A stretch of 64,000 bases of DNA, from sequence record NC_014662.1. One strand, 5' to 3'. Under the pieces are notes generated by a model. It was given only the letters and a program-made list of their open reading frames with translations, was not told where the DNA came from and did no database searches. This document shows positions 36,660 to 46,009 of this stretch, piece after piece. How positions within the stretch are numbered: position 1 is the stretch's first letter; each line of letters opens with the position of its first letter. The DNA comes from Enterobacter phage CC31. The position numbers and the translations under genes were made by a program.

Positions 36660-37001
36660 CTATAACACACTTGACTGATGTTGTAAACGGTTCTTTCTAC
36701 ACATTCTGATGAAGTTTTCAATAGGCTCTTCTGGTCTATTGGCTGGATAGCATTTCTTCCAGTTCCACCCTCCCAGCAAGTCAAAGATTTGGTCAGGAAG
36801 AGAATCCCATGGATGTTCTCTTTCGCGGAGTTGAAGCACAATATCACCGGCTGCTTCTCTAATTCCAGTATCAAGTTTTCCATTACAAATCACGACATCC
36901 ATGAGTACTGCAAGACAACAACTATCATGGCTTCCGTATTTGTTCGGATAGTAGAAATAATGGTCAATAATGTAGCAGCAATTACGGTCTAAACCTTTCA
37001 T
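36660..37001 (-). CDS. hypothetical Cys-rich protein
   Basis: Track ORF trimmed to ATG 37001 (MKGLDRNCCY) with GGAGGAA RBS; hairpin at 37022-37044 between it and tRNA-Gln. Confidence 0.4.
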   Translation of the reverse strand: MKGLDRNCCYIIDHYFYYPNKYGSHDSCCLAVLMDVVICNGKLDTGIREAAGDIVLQLREREHPWDSLPDQIFDLLGGWNWKKCYPANRPEEPIENFIRMCRKNRLQHQSSVL

Positions 37002-37064
37002 AGTGTTCCTCCAGTGATTCTGGGGAAACTTTTCAGTTTCCCCATATATTACCATTAACAGCTG

Positions 37065-37137
37065 CTAGTGTACCTGGACTCGAACCAGGGAATCGTAGAA
37101 TCAAAATCTACTGCCTTACCAACTTGGCTATACCCCA
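37065..37137 (-). tRNA. tRNA-Gln (anticodon UUG)
   Basis: Minus strand TGGGGTATAGCCAAGTTGGTAAGGCA-GTAGA-TTTTGAT-TCTAC-...CCTGGTTCGAGTCCAGG; anticodon loop gives TTG; coordinates approximate. Confidence 0.7.
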
Positions 37138-37143
37138 ACTGTT

Positions 37144-37220
37144 TGGAGGCGGGTGATGGACTCGAACCATCGCGTAACGGGATATGAACCCGTCATTCTA
37201 CCAACTGAAGTTAACCCGCA
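37144..37220 (-). tRNA. tRNA with CAU anticodon (Met or lysidine-type Ile)
   Basis: Anticodon arm ACGGG-TTCATAT-CCCGT, T arm GATGGTTCGAGTCCATC, CCA encoded; pos 1:72 mismatch and irregular D arm lower confidence. Confidence 0.55.
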
Positions 37221-37340
37221 CTTATCCGGATTCCTGAAGTACAACGGCTGCTTTATGTAGAACTCACCTATTGTGAGGGAACAAAATCACTGGTCCTGGC
37301 ATTAATTATGGACCACCATCTTCAGGAACTGCCTCGTATT
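37221..37340 (-). ncRNA. structured spacer in tRNA cluster, candidate small stable RNA
   Basis: About 120 nt without ORF or tRNA; long-range complement ttcctgaagt/acttcaggaa and internal hairpin GGTCC...GGACC; T4 carries two small RNAs of unknown function in its tRNA cluster. Confidence 0.3.
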
Positions 37341-37416
37341 TGGCGGACCTAACGGGATTCGAACCCGTGACTCTCACGTGACAGGCGAGTATTTTCACCG
37401 CTGAAACTATAGGTCC
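37341..37416 (-). tRNA. tRNA-Asp (anticodon GUC)
   Basis: 76 nt with CCA; acceptor GGACCTA/TAGGTCC; anticodon arm CTCGC-CTGTCAC-GTGAG; T arm ACGGGTTCGAATCCCGT. Confidence 0.7.
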
Positions 37417-37658
37417 AAATTATCTTTCGTGATTATGTGAATCCCTCAGGTTTTCCGGAAAACCGAATAGGCGACAAAAGCTCTCATATACCCGTGCACA
37501 GATATAATCTTTGTTAACTAGTGTCTGAATCAGTATAATCCGAAAGATAACTTTCGGCGCCGTATTTAATTTGAGATATGTAGTTATCGTTGAGGGAACT
37601 CATATTCAGGGATTAACATGCCGACGACTTTGTCAGAACGTCTTCCAACTTCTATATT
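37417..37658 (-). ncRNA. structured spacer in tRNA cluster, candidate small stable RNA(s)
   Basis: About 240 nt without ORF or canonical T-loop; hairpins GGTTTTCC/GGAAAACC and CCGAAAG-N4-CTTTCGG. Confidence 0.3.
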
Positions 37659-37743
37659 TGGCGGGTCGTGCAGGTATCGAACCTGCCTAGTCATTTCTGA
37701 CACGGATTAACAGTCCGCCGCTTACCCTCTCAGCCAACGACCC
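37659..37743 (-). tRNA. tRNA-Asn-like (anticodon GUU) with unusually long variable arm
   Basis: 85 nt with CCA; perfect acceptor GGGTCGT/ACGACCC; anticodon arm GCGGA-CTGTTAA-TCCGT identical to the recalled E. coli tRNA-Asn arm; 15-nt variable region GTCAGAAATGACTAG. Confidence 0.6.
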
Positions 37744-37748
37744 AAATT

Positions 37749-37823
37749 TGGTTCTCCGTAAGAGAATTGAACTCTTCTTTCCGACGTGAAAGGCCGGCGT
37801 CCTAACCGATAGACGAACGGAGA
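37749..37823 (-). tRNA. tRNA-Glu (anticodon UUC)
   Basis: Acceptor TCTCCGT/ACGGAGA; TCGTCTA...GGAC D arm; anticodon arm CCGGC-CTTTCAC-GTCGG; T arm AAGAGTTCAATTCTCTT; CCA encoded. Confidence 0.75.
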
Positions 37824-37824
37824 T

Positions 37825-37902
37825 TGGTAGGACGTGAGGGAGTTGAACCCATCGACATTCCGATTAAAAGTCGGATGCTCTAACCAACTGAGCTAACGTC
37901 CT
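37825..37902 (-). tRNA. tRNA-Lys (anticodon UUU)
   Basis: Acceptor AGGACGT/ACGTCCT; D arm TAGCTCAGTTGGTTAGAGC; anticodon arm TCCGA-CTTTTAA-TCGGA; T stem pairs imperfectly in my reading. Confidence 0.6.
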
Positions 37903-37940
37903 GTAGATATTTATAATAACAAAAATATCTTTAAGCAAAT

Positions 37941-38016
37941 TGGTGGGAATAACTGGACTCGAACCAGTGACCTAACGATTATCGGTCGTTTGCTCTACCA
38001 ACTGAGCTATATTCCC
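37941..38016 (-). tRNA. tRNA-Ile (anticodon GAU)
   Basis: 76 nt: GGGAATATAGCTCAGTTGGTAGAGCA-AACGA-CCGATAA-TCGTT-AGGTC-ACTGGTTCGAGTCCAGT-TATTCCC-A-CCA. Confidence 0.7.
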
Positions 38017-38022
38017 TGAATT

Positions 38023-38110
38023 TGGTGGGGAGTGATGGAGTCGAACCACCCGAGTCGCAATGACAACAGATTTACAGTCTGCACCGCTACCTCTACGGAA
38101 TTAACTCCCC
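38023..38110 (-). tRNA. tRNA-Tyr (anticodon GUA), type II
   Basis: Acceptor GGGGAGT/ACTCCCC; anticodon arm GCAGA-CTGTAAA-TCTGT; long variable arm with GTC/GAC stem; T arm GGTGGTTCGACTCCATC; CCA encoded. Confidence 0.7.
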
Positions 38111-38115
38111 GAAAT

Positions 38116-38475
38116 TTATTTAAGAACTGTTGAGTTCATCGATTTAACCAAGAAAACTTGGTGTGGTGAACGAAGTGAACCTTCAATAGTGCGATGTTCT
38201 GGAAAATTGGTTGAAGTCTGAAAACCAGCTACACGGTAACCTTGCTCAGTCCATCCTAAAAGGATACCAACCATACAGCCAGAATATTTTCCGCTTTTAT
38301 CCAAAGCTACAATATCACCAGGAGCAATTTCATTACCCATTGAATCAGGCTTAATCCATTGTGGAGTAACCAGTTCTATAGGTATATTTATACCGCTTGA
38401 AAAGCTGTAATATTCGTCTGAACGTAAGCCCTGAATGCTTTTAAAGACTTTATGCCAAGTTTTACTGATGCTCAT
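38116..38475 (-). CDS. hypothetical protein
   Basis: 119 aa ORF immediately downstream (minus) of... upstream neighbour of tRNA cluster. Confidence 0.4.
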   Translation of the reverse strand: MSISKTWHKVFKSIQGLRSDEYYSFSSGINIPIELVTPQWIKPDSMGNEIAPGDIVALDKSGKYSGCMVGILLGWTEQGYRVAGFQTSTNFPEHRTIEGSLRSPHQVFLVKSMNSTVLK

Positions 38476-38701
38476 AATGTTCTCTCGCAGTGTTTTGGTG
38501 AATCAACGATAATTCATCGAAGATTGACTTCATTGCATTTTTCACAAAAATTTTTTCAGAAGGCTCCATCGACGTATTGTTGATGATTCTCGCCATTCGT
38601 TCTTTAAGCTTCTTTTTCCGATTCCGGACCGTCTCCTTGGAAGCGGTCCTCATGTGAGCAAGATTAGTCATCATGTTCCGTCGATAGATTAATAATAACA
38701 A
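38462..38701 (-). CDS. hypothetical basic protein
   Basis: 79 aa ORF. Confidence 0.35.
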   Translation of the reverse strand: MLLLIYRRNMMTNLAHMRTASKETVRNRKKKLKERMARIINNTSMEPSEKIFVKNAMKSIFDELSLIHQNTAREHYEHQ

Positions 38702-38717
38702 GTAGCTCTTTAAGCAT

Positions 38718-38915
38718 TTAACCGCGTTTATACGCGTGATGAATCAAAATACCAAGTACACCACAAGAAACTATAACGCTTTTAATAAAAGTTAAAACAA
38801 CGCCAGTAGCAACGCCGATAAGAATCCAGTCAAACTTATTCATCGGAGAATCGACATCATAAGTTTTCTTAACCCATGCTTTAGCTTTGGTGTACAGTTC
38901 TTTAATTTGGTTCAT
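38718..38915 (-). CDS. hypothetical small membrane protein
   Basis: Track ORF trimmed to ATG 38915 (MNQIKELYTK); one TM helix. Confidence 0.35.
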   Translation of the reverse strand: MNQIKELYTKAKAWVKKTYDVDSPMNKFDWILIGVATGVVLTFIKSVIVSCGVLGILIHHAYKRG

Positions 38916-39081
38916 TTGCAATTTTATCCATAACGAATGAAATGATACCAGCAACGAGTGTAAGTACTACGCTACTGATGAGTTCAGAATTTGAAAGGAA
39001 CGGCCATCCGAAGATTGAAGTTCCAAGTGCTCCCAGGGTTACTACAGTAAAGATGTTTCCGATGATTTCGCAACGTTTCAT
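38902..39081 (-). CDS. hypothetical small membrane protein (59 aa, below track threshold)
   Basis: ATG at 39081 preceded by GGAG RBS and the duplicated regB-type promoter/leader; hydrophobic MKRCEIIGNIFTVVTLGALG... Confidence 0.35.
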   Translation of the reverse strand: MKRCEIIGNIFTVVTLGALGTSIFGWPFLSNSELISSVVLTLVAGIISFVMDKIANEPN

Positions 39082-39108
39082 TTTTAATCTCCTTGTGTTG
39101 ATAGGGCT

Positions 39109-39138
39109 ATAGTATCATAGCCCTCAAGGAAAGTAAAC
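39109..39138 (-). promoter_or_regulatory. early promoter, near-identical copy of the regB promoter/leader
   Basis: ttgttgatagggctatagtatcatagccct...aaagtaaac repeated at 29438-29480 and 39091-39138. Confidence 0.5.
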
Positions 39139-39146
39139 GGCTAAAA

Positions 39147-40157
<1,011 letters not shown>

Positions 40158-40161
<4 letters not shown>

Positions 40162-40886
40162 TTAATTACCTTTTCAATTTTAGAATAGAGGTCCTCTAAA
40201 GAACCATCGTTTGTTATTACAATATCACCGTCTCTGATTGGTAAACCAGCTTCAGTGATGTGAGTATCTTGTGAACTTTCACTATCTGGACGAACTACAT
40301 GAATTACTGTAGCACCCATCGCCCGAGCAGCATCGAGTTCATGGTCCTGACGAGTATCTGGAACAATGTAAAAATCCAGGTCGTCATGGAAGCTATCGAC
40401 ATAATCAATAGCGAATAACTTCAACCAATACATGCGGTCAACCATGTTGCAGAAAATATCAGTCCCAAGGGTCTGCATGAGACGACGTACTGTCCATGGT
40501 TTGGTATTTTTATTTATTAGGGCTTCAATCTTGGTATTTCCACTGAATGAAAAATCACCATTGTCATGAATGAAGAACCCGTTTTCTCTTTTTCCAGCTT
40601 TTAATTTGCGGTCCAAAAGACGATAAACACACCGTTTCATGTAATCGATGACGTCTTTGTTATTCAGCAACAGAATCTGTTCGCGGTCATAACCTTTACC
40701 TTCAAAATCAAGGCGGTTCAAAGATACACCAGTTTTTTGGGTCAAATCTGGATTCCAGCAATCAGCTAATGTATCTTTAATTGGACCAGCAAGCTGGAAC
40801 TTTTTAGTTTTGTAGTTATTCGCAAGATAGTCAGCGGTGGTATCTTTACCTGACCGTTTCTTACCTATGATGAAAATAAGTTTCAT
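40158..40886 (-). CDS. 1: gp1 deoxynucleoside monophosphate kinase
   Basis: 242 aa; MKLIFIIGKKRSGKDTTADY...YIVPDTRQDHELDAARAMGATVIHVVRP...THITEAGLPIRDGDIVITNDGSLE matches T4 gp1. Confidence 0.93.
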
Positions 40887-40887
40887 A

Positions 40888-41478
40888 TTACCTCATAGAA
40901 GGATGCATTCCAACAGATGAACGAGACTGAGCAGCCTGTTCGATATTTTGTTTACCTACTATGATTTTACCATCTTTTTCTATTTGCAAATACTTGAATG
41001 GGAACATTGCAGTGCAAATAACCGCTGGGTCAGTATCTTCAGTATAGCTGAATTCTACTTCGCCTAAATCAGAACACCAAGCTCCATAATAATGAAAACT
41101 CATTACAATTTTCTTCTTGGAGTTATCAAGCATATGCACAGAAACATGTGGTGGAGTGAAGCCAGGTTTCCACGCTTGAGAGTTAAAATCAATGTAGTTA
41201 TTGATTGAAAGCATCCATTGATACATCTGAAGCCAAGAGTTTAAGTCTTCATCGACTAAAAAGCGTATGACCAGTGGGTCATGCTCAAAAGTTGAACCTG
41301 GCAGTTGAGAACGTGCCAGACCACCTTGTCCAGATGGAGTTTCAGTAATAGGGATGCGTATACCTGGTATTGTAGCTGATTGTACGTTAAGCGTAAAAGC
41401 TTTTGTCAATCCAGCATCAGGAATATCTACTATAAAGTTAGTAATATTCGTTTGGTTAAAAAGTTGATTAGCGTCCAA
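40888..41478 (-). CDS. 3: gp3 tail completion / sheath stabilizer (by synteny)
   Basis: 196 aa ORF between genes 1 and 2 as in T4; TTG start in track, exact start uncertain. Confidence 0.6.
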   Translation of the reverse strand: MDANQLFNQTNITNFIVDIPDAGLTKAFTLNVQSATIPGIRIPITETPSGQGGLARSQLPGSTFEHDPLVIRFLVDEDLNSWLQMYQWMLSINNYIDFNSQAWKPGFTPPHVSVHMLDNSKKKIVMSFHYYGAWCSDLGEVEFSYTEDTDPAVICTAMFPFKYLQIEKDGKIIVGKQNIEQAAQSRSSVGMHPSMR

Positions 41479-41559
41479 TTCGCTTTCCTTCTGGAGTAGT
41501 TATAATGGTTTTGAGTTCTTCCGGAGCAATCAATATCAATCAATCCGGAAGAAGATGGA

Positions 41560-42390
41560 TTAAGATTTCCAAACAGCAGTAGCAGAATAACGCTTGCCTT
41601 TTGACATGAACTGTTGAGTTGGTAACATAACAACGTTAGCCCAGTCTGCTGGCTTAATCTCTACTAAACTTCCTTTGATATGACCAGGAAGATAAGCTTT
41701 AATCATCTTATCCGCGCCAGCGAAACCCTTAACTTGACTCCAATTAATCTTCAACTTAGTTTTGTTAGTAATAGTCGGAGTGTTAGCATATTGCTTTAGC
41801 AACTCTTCGAGAAACTGTTGTCGTGCTTTTGGTGGAATATAGTGCAAGTTCAAACCATACATCAACGTAGTTGAGCCTTGCTTACCCAATCCCAAATAAA
41901 TAATCAATGGAAATCTATCCCAGAATGGAAGTGTGTCTTTATGTTTAGCATCATACATATAAGCATAAAGTTTTCCTGGAGTAGGTTTTGATACCTGATG
42001 GCCACGAATATTTTTCTTCATAGTCTCGTTGAACCAACGAGCTGACTTATTGTTAACAGCTGCGCCTTCATTAGCAATCTTTTGACGAATGCTCTGACGG
42101 AAACTGTTAATCATCACGAGTTGTCTTTCTTGACGAGTAAGTTTCTTTGGACTCTTTCCTTCAAGTTTAGCAACTTGCACAGCCGTCTTAATTCTCGAAG
42201 CATATCTGCTCATCGCCTTTGTAAATGTAGCATATTTTATGCCTTTTTCTTCGGCAAAAGATTTGGCGGTGGCACCTTTCTTTTTCGCTTCAGCATATTC
42301 TACACCTATCTCTACCCATTTTCTTTCGTCTTTAGGGACTGTTCGAGCTATCGGTTGAGCACCTTCATTAAGCAATTCAAATATAGCCAT
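41560..42390 (-). CDS. 2: gp2 DNA end protector protein
   Basis: [19 protein letters not shown]...KSARWFNE...[16 protein letters not shown]...[11 protein letters not shown] matches T4 gp2; start trimmed to ATG 42390 overlapping gp4 stop. Confidence 0.9.
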   Translation of the reverse strand: MAIFELLNEGAQPIARTVPKDERKWVEIGVEYAEAKKKGATAKSFAEEKGIKYATFTKAMSRYASRIKTAVQVAKLEGKSPKKLTRQERQLVMINSFRQSIRQKIANEGAAVNNKSARWFNETMKKNIRGHQVSKPTPGKLYAYMYDAKHKDTLPFWDRFPLIIYLGLGKQGSTTLMYGLNLHYIPPKARQQFLEELLKQYANTPTITNKTKLKINWSQVKGFAGADKMIKAYLPGHIKGSLVEIKPADWANVVMLPTQQFMSKGKRYSATAVWKS

Positions 42391-42839
42391 TAGCCTTTCC
42401 ACCCTAATCTCTTCAGACCATCTTCTGTAAGCAATCTGAATTTTATGTTATTCTTTTCAGCAACTTTTTGAGCAGCTGACCATTTATCCTGGTTCACACT
42501 CCATGTGTATATCTCATCGATATATCTTTTCTTTGCTGCTGTAGTAAGTTTAGCAGGCTTTGGAGGTGGTTGAGTCTCTTTCTTTGGCTTAACTTCAACA
42601 AAGAATTCTTGTCCGTTTACATCTCTGAACCAGAAGTCCATGAAGTATCTACGTTTTTTACCTTCTGCGTTGCAGAAATAAGGAATAACAACTTCTTCAC
42701 TGTTCCATTTAACTATTTCTGGATTTGCATCAAGCCATTTCATGAACCATGACTCCCAGGACGAGCGATATGTAATTTTACGAATATCACCCCTGTACTT
42801 TTCATGGTTCTTAGGCATAAATTTGCCAGAGTACGCCAT
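42390..42839 (-). CDS. 4: gp4 head completion protein
   Basis: 149 aa, position and size as T4 gp4; ATG at 42839. Confidence 0.85.
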   Translation of the reverse strand: MAYSGKFMPKNHEKYRGDIRKITYRSSWESWFMKWLDANPEIVKWNSEEVVIPYFCNAEGKKRRYFMDFWFRDVNGQEFFVEVKPKKETQPPPKPAKLTTAAKKRYIDEIYTWSVNQDKWSAAQKVAEKNNIKFRLLTEDGLKRLGWKG

Positions 42840-42867
42840 TTCATTTTCCTCTAATAAATAATATTAC

Positions 42868-42875
42868 TATTTATA
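42868..42875 (-). promoter_or_regulatory. T4-type late promoter (TATAAATA on minus strand) for genes 4-2-3
   Basis: Plus tatttata = revcomp TATAAATA about 29 nt upstream of gp4 ATG, in divergent intergenic region. Confidence 0.6.
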
Positions 42876-42888
42876 AAGTGGAGGCTTT

Positions 42889-43464
42889 ATGTTATTCAGC
42901 TTTTTTGACCCTATTACATACACCGCTAAAACGGTTGATGAAAACGCTAAGCCTATTTCCATGACAGACATTTTCAGAAACTATAAAGCATACTTCAAAA
43001 GAGTTGCTGCTAACTATCGTCTGCGCACATACTATATCCAAGGTTCTCCACGACCTGAAGAGTTGTCTAACATCATTTATGGTAACCCTCAATTGTATTG
43101 GGTGCTTCTGATGTGTAATGATAACTATGACCCTTACTATGGTTGGATTACGAGTCAAGAAGCAGCTTATAGAGCTTCTGAACAGAGATATGAAAATGCT
43201 GGTGGAAATCAGGTGTTGTACCACGTGGACGCTAAAGGAGAAAGATACTACAACTTAGTAGAATCTGAAACTAATCCTGGTACATGGTATGACAAAGGAG
43301 ATACTCTTCAAGAACATCCTCAATATCAAGGTGCTTTAGCAGCTGTTGATGTTTATGAAGCAGCTATTCTTGAAAATGAAAAGAAACGTCAAATCAAAAT
43401 TATTTCTCCTGCTGATATTGACACTTTTATTGCAGACTTAATCCGTGAGATGGAGATTGCATAA
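42889..43464 (+). CDS. 53: gp53 baseplate wedge protein
   Basis: 191 aa; MLFSFFDPITYTAKTV...YRLRTYYIQGSPRPEEL...GNPQLYWVLLMCNDNYDPYYGWITSQEAAY matches T4 gp53; GGAGG RBS. Confidence 0.93.
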   Translation: MLFSFFDPITYTAKTVDENAKPISMTDIFRNYKAYFKRVAANYRLRTYYIQGSPRPEELSNIIYGNPQLYWVLLMCNDNYDPYYGWITSQEAAYRASEQRYENAGGNQVLYHVDAKGERYYNLVESETNPGTWYDKGDTLQEHPQYQGALAAVDVYEAAILENEKKRQIKIISPADIDTFIADLIREMEIA

Positions 43465-45197
43465 TGGAAATGATTAGTAACTCTCTTCAATGGTTCACAG
43501 GAGTTGTTGAAGATAGAATGGACCCGCTTAAGCGTGGTCGTGTGCGCGTGCGCGTGCATGGATTGCATCCGTTCCAAAAGACTCAAGGCCCTGTGATGGG
43601 TGTTCCGACTGAAGACCTTCCGTGGATGAGTCCAATATTTCCTGTGACATCTGCGGCTATTTCTGGCGTTGGTGGTTCAGTTACCGGTCCTGTTGAAGGG
43701 ACTCACGTATATGGTCATTTTTTAGACAAGTATAGACAGAATGGAATTATACTTGGAACTTATGCTGCTAATGCAACTGCTCGTCCAAATAGAACTGAAG
43801 GATTCTCTGACCCGACTGGACAGTATCCTCGATATCTTGGTAATGACACTAACGCATTGAACCAAGGCGGAGTTGAAGGTGACGATTATACCGCTAACAT
43901 AGTTCAAGATAACAACCTTGACACTGGTATTAATCCAGATGATACTGACCTTGCAAATATTCCTGAAGACAATAATCCGAATTACACAATAGAAGCAATG
44001 CTTCGTCGCGATGAAGGTCTTCGTCTTAAGGTGTATTGGGACACCGAAGGATACCCTACAATCGGTATTGGTCACCTTATTATCGCTCAACAAGTCCGTG
44101 ATATGACTCAGATTAATAAGGTGCTGAGTAAACAAGTTGGACGAGAAGTAACTGGTAATCCTGGCTCTATCTCAATGGACGAAGCTTCAAAATTATTTGA
44201 AGAAGACCTTGCTGATATGCAGCGTGATATTAAAACTAACTCTGCTGTTGGTCCAGTTTATGCTAAGATGAATAAGTCTCGCCAAATGGCTCTTGAAAAC
44301 ATGAGCTTCCAAATGGGAGTTGGCGGTGTAGCTAAATTCACTAACATGCTCGCTGCGATGTTTATTGGTGATTGGAAAACTGCATATAACGAAGCAAGAA
44401 ACTCTCGTTGGTTCCAGCAAACTAAAGGACGAGCATCTCGTGTTTCAATGATTATCTTGACAGGTAACTTGGAATCATACGGTGTTCCAGTTTCTCCACC
44501 AAGCCCAAAAAGTCTTTCAGCTGCCGCAGTTGCAATGGCGGTTGGTTCTGATGACCCATGGGGGCCGCCAATTCCTCAAACTGGACGAATCTTATTCAAA
44601 GAACCTGAATCTTCATATAATGGGCAATATCCTTATGTTCATACAATGGAAACTGAGTCTGGTCATATTCAAGAATTTGATGATACTCCAGGATATGAGC
44701 GTTATCGTATTGTTCATCCAACTGGAACATATGAAGAAGTTGCTCCTGACGGGCGAAGAACAAGAAAAACTGTCGGTGACCTTTATGATATGACTGGTGG
44801 TGACGGCAATATTTTAATTTCAGGCGATAAGAAAGTTAACGTCGGTGGTGATGAAACTTATTACAACATGGCTAATAAGACCACTCAAATCGATGGAAGC
44901 AACACTCTCTTTATTCGTGGTGATGAAACTAAAACTATTGAAGGCGATGGAACTCTTTATGTGAAGGGTAATATCAAAATTGTAGTTGATGGAAATGCTG
45001 ATATTCTTGTGAAAGGTGATGCCAAAACACAGGTTGAAGGAAACCATGATTATACCGTCAACGGTAACGTCACATGGTCTGTTAAGGGTAATGTGTCAAT
45101 GAACGTCACCGGAAACTGGGCTGAAACTATGCAGACGATGAGTTCTAAAGCATCTGGTCAGTACACCGTCGACGGTTCACGTATCGATATCGGTTGA
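43464..45197 (+). CDS. 5: gp5 baseplate hub subunit with tail lysozyme domain and C-terminal beta-helix
   Basis: 577 aa; central lysozyme domain (RRDEGLRLKVYWDTEGYPTIGIGHL) and C-terminal VxGxxxxx octapeptide repeats. Confidence 0.95.
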   Translation: MEMISNSLQWFTGVVEDRMDPLKRGRVRVRVHGLHPFQKTQGPVMGVPTEDLPWMSPIFPVTSAAISGVGGSVTGPVEGTHVYGHFLDKYRQNGIILGTYAANATARPNRTEGFSDPTGQYPRYLGNDTNALNQGGVEGDDYTANIVQDNNLDTGINPDDTDLANIPEDNNPNYTIEAMLRRDEGLRLKVYWDTEGYPTIGIGHLIIAQQVRDMTQINKVLSKQVGREVTGNPGSISMDEASKLFEEDLADMQRDIKTNSAVGPVYAKMNKSRQMALENMSFQMGVGGVAKFTNMLAAMFIGDWKTAYNEARNSRWFQQTKGRASRVSMIILTGNLESYGVPVSPPSPKSLSAAAVAMAVGSDDPWGPPIPQTGRILFKEPESSYNGQYPYVHTMETESGHIQEFDDTPGYERYRIVHPTGTYEEVAPDGRRTRKTVGDLYDMTGGDGNILISGDKKVNVGGDETYYNMANKTTQIDGSNTLFIRGDETKTIEGDGTLYVKGNIKIVVDGNADILVKGDAKTQVEGNHDYTVNGNVTWSVKGNVSMNVTGNWAETMQTMSSKASGQYTVDGSRIDIG

Positions 45198-45204
45198 GGT
45201 AATA

Positions 45205-45708
45205 ATGGTTGACATACTTCCAGTAAGCACTGAGTTGCCTGATATTCAAGAAGGTGGTTCAGTTAATCAAACATTCACTGCTCAATTAGAAGCAACAGAC
45301 ACATTAGAGTCTATAAATATAATTGATTTTCAACCTACTCCTGGGATTACAGTCTCAGGAGCTAATTACACAGGCGTTTATGAGAGTGTCTTTTCTTTCG
45401 GAGGAGATGCTCTTAAATACCGAGAAGGTAATGAATTTAAAGTAGCCCAATCATGGGAATCTTTACCACCTCCTGGTACAGCCGATTTATACCTCTGGAA
45501 AGCCCCCTCTAAACTTGAGAGGACCTTTACATACACAGTTAAGGTTACATATTGGAGACAAGGTGAAGACACTACAGGACCATCTGGTGAACCTGTCACA
45601 CCTCCTCCAGTTAAAATGGAAATGACCAAAACTTATTCTCAGTTAGTGTATGGTAATTGGAGCAAATGGGCTGAACAACTTCGCTCATACGTATATGCGA
45701 GACCATAA
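45205..45708 (+). CDS. 5.1: gp5.1-like baseplate-associated protein
   Basis: 167 aa ORF between 5 and 5.4 as in T4. Confidence 0.6.
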   Translation: MVDILPVSTELPDIQEGGSVNQTFTAQLEATDTLESINIIDFQPTPGITVSGANYTGVYESVFSFGGDALKYREGNEFKVAQSWESLPPPGTADLYLWKAPSKLERTFTYTVKVTYWRQGEDTTGPSGEPVTPPPVKMEMTKTYSQLVYGNWSKWAEQLRSYVYARP

Positions 45709-46005
45709 ATGGCCGGATTAAGTTATGACAAAGCTTTAACTGCAGGCCACTCAGCTTATCCTCCTACGCAAGTAAATGCGACTCAAGGAAAAGTATTTGT
45801 TGGTGGAATTGCAGTTCTAGTAGATGGAGACCAAATAACTCCTCATACTAAAACAGTTAAACCCTACGACACTCACGGGGGTTCTGTTCAACCTCGTACA
45901 AGTAAAGTGTTCGTTACAGGAAAGAAAGCCGTTCAAATGGCTGACCCTATTTCTTGCGGTGACACTGTAGCCGAATCGAGTAACAAAGTATTCATTCACG
46001 GATAA
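45709..46005 (+). CDS. 5.4: gp5.4 PAAR-repeat spike tip protein
   Basis: 98 aa Gly/Val-rich beta protein at the T4 5.4 position. Confidence 0.75.
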   Translation: MAGLSYDKALTAGHSAYPPTQVNATQGKVFVGGIAVLVDGDQITPHTKTVKPYDTHGGSVQPRTSKVFVTGKKAVQMADPISCGDTVAESSNKVFIHG

Positions 46006-46009
46006 AACA

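Noticed and set aside
42851-42860. Possible plus-strand late promoter for gene 53 (TAATAAATA)
   Set aside because: One mismatch from the TATAAATA consensus; kept as uncertain rather than annotated. The exact consensus in this intergenic region is on the minus strand (42868-42875).
43722-44135. 137-aa minus-strand ORF inside gene 5
   Set aside because: Lies antisense within the well-supported gp5 coding region; low-complexity Ile/Ser-rich translation typical of a shadow ORF.
44800-45150. Periodic repeats resembling a repeat array or CRISPR
   Set aside because: These are in-frame octapeptide (VxGxxxxx) beta-helix repeats of the gp5 needle domain, not repeat-spacer units; no CRISPR array anywhere in the window.
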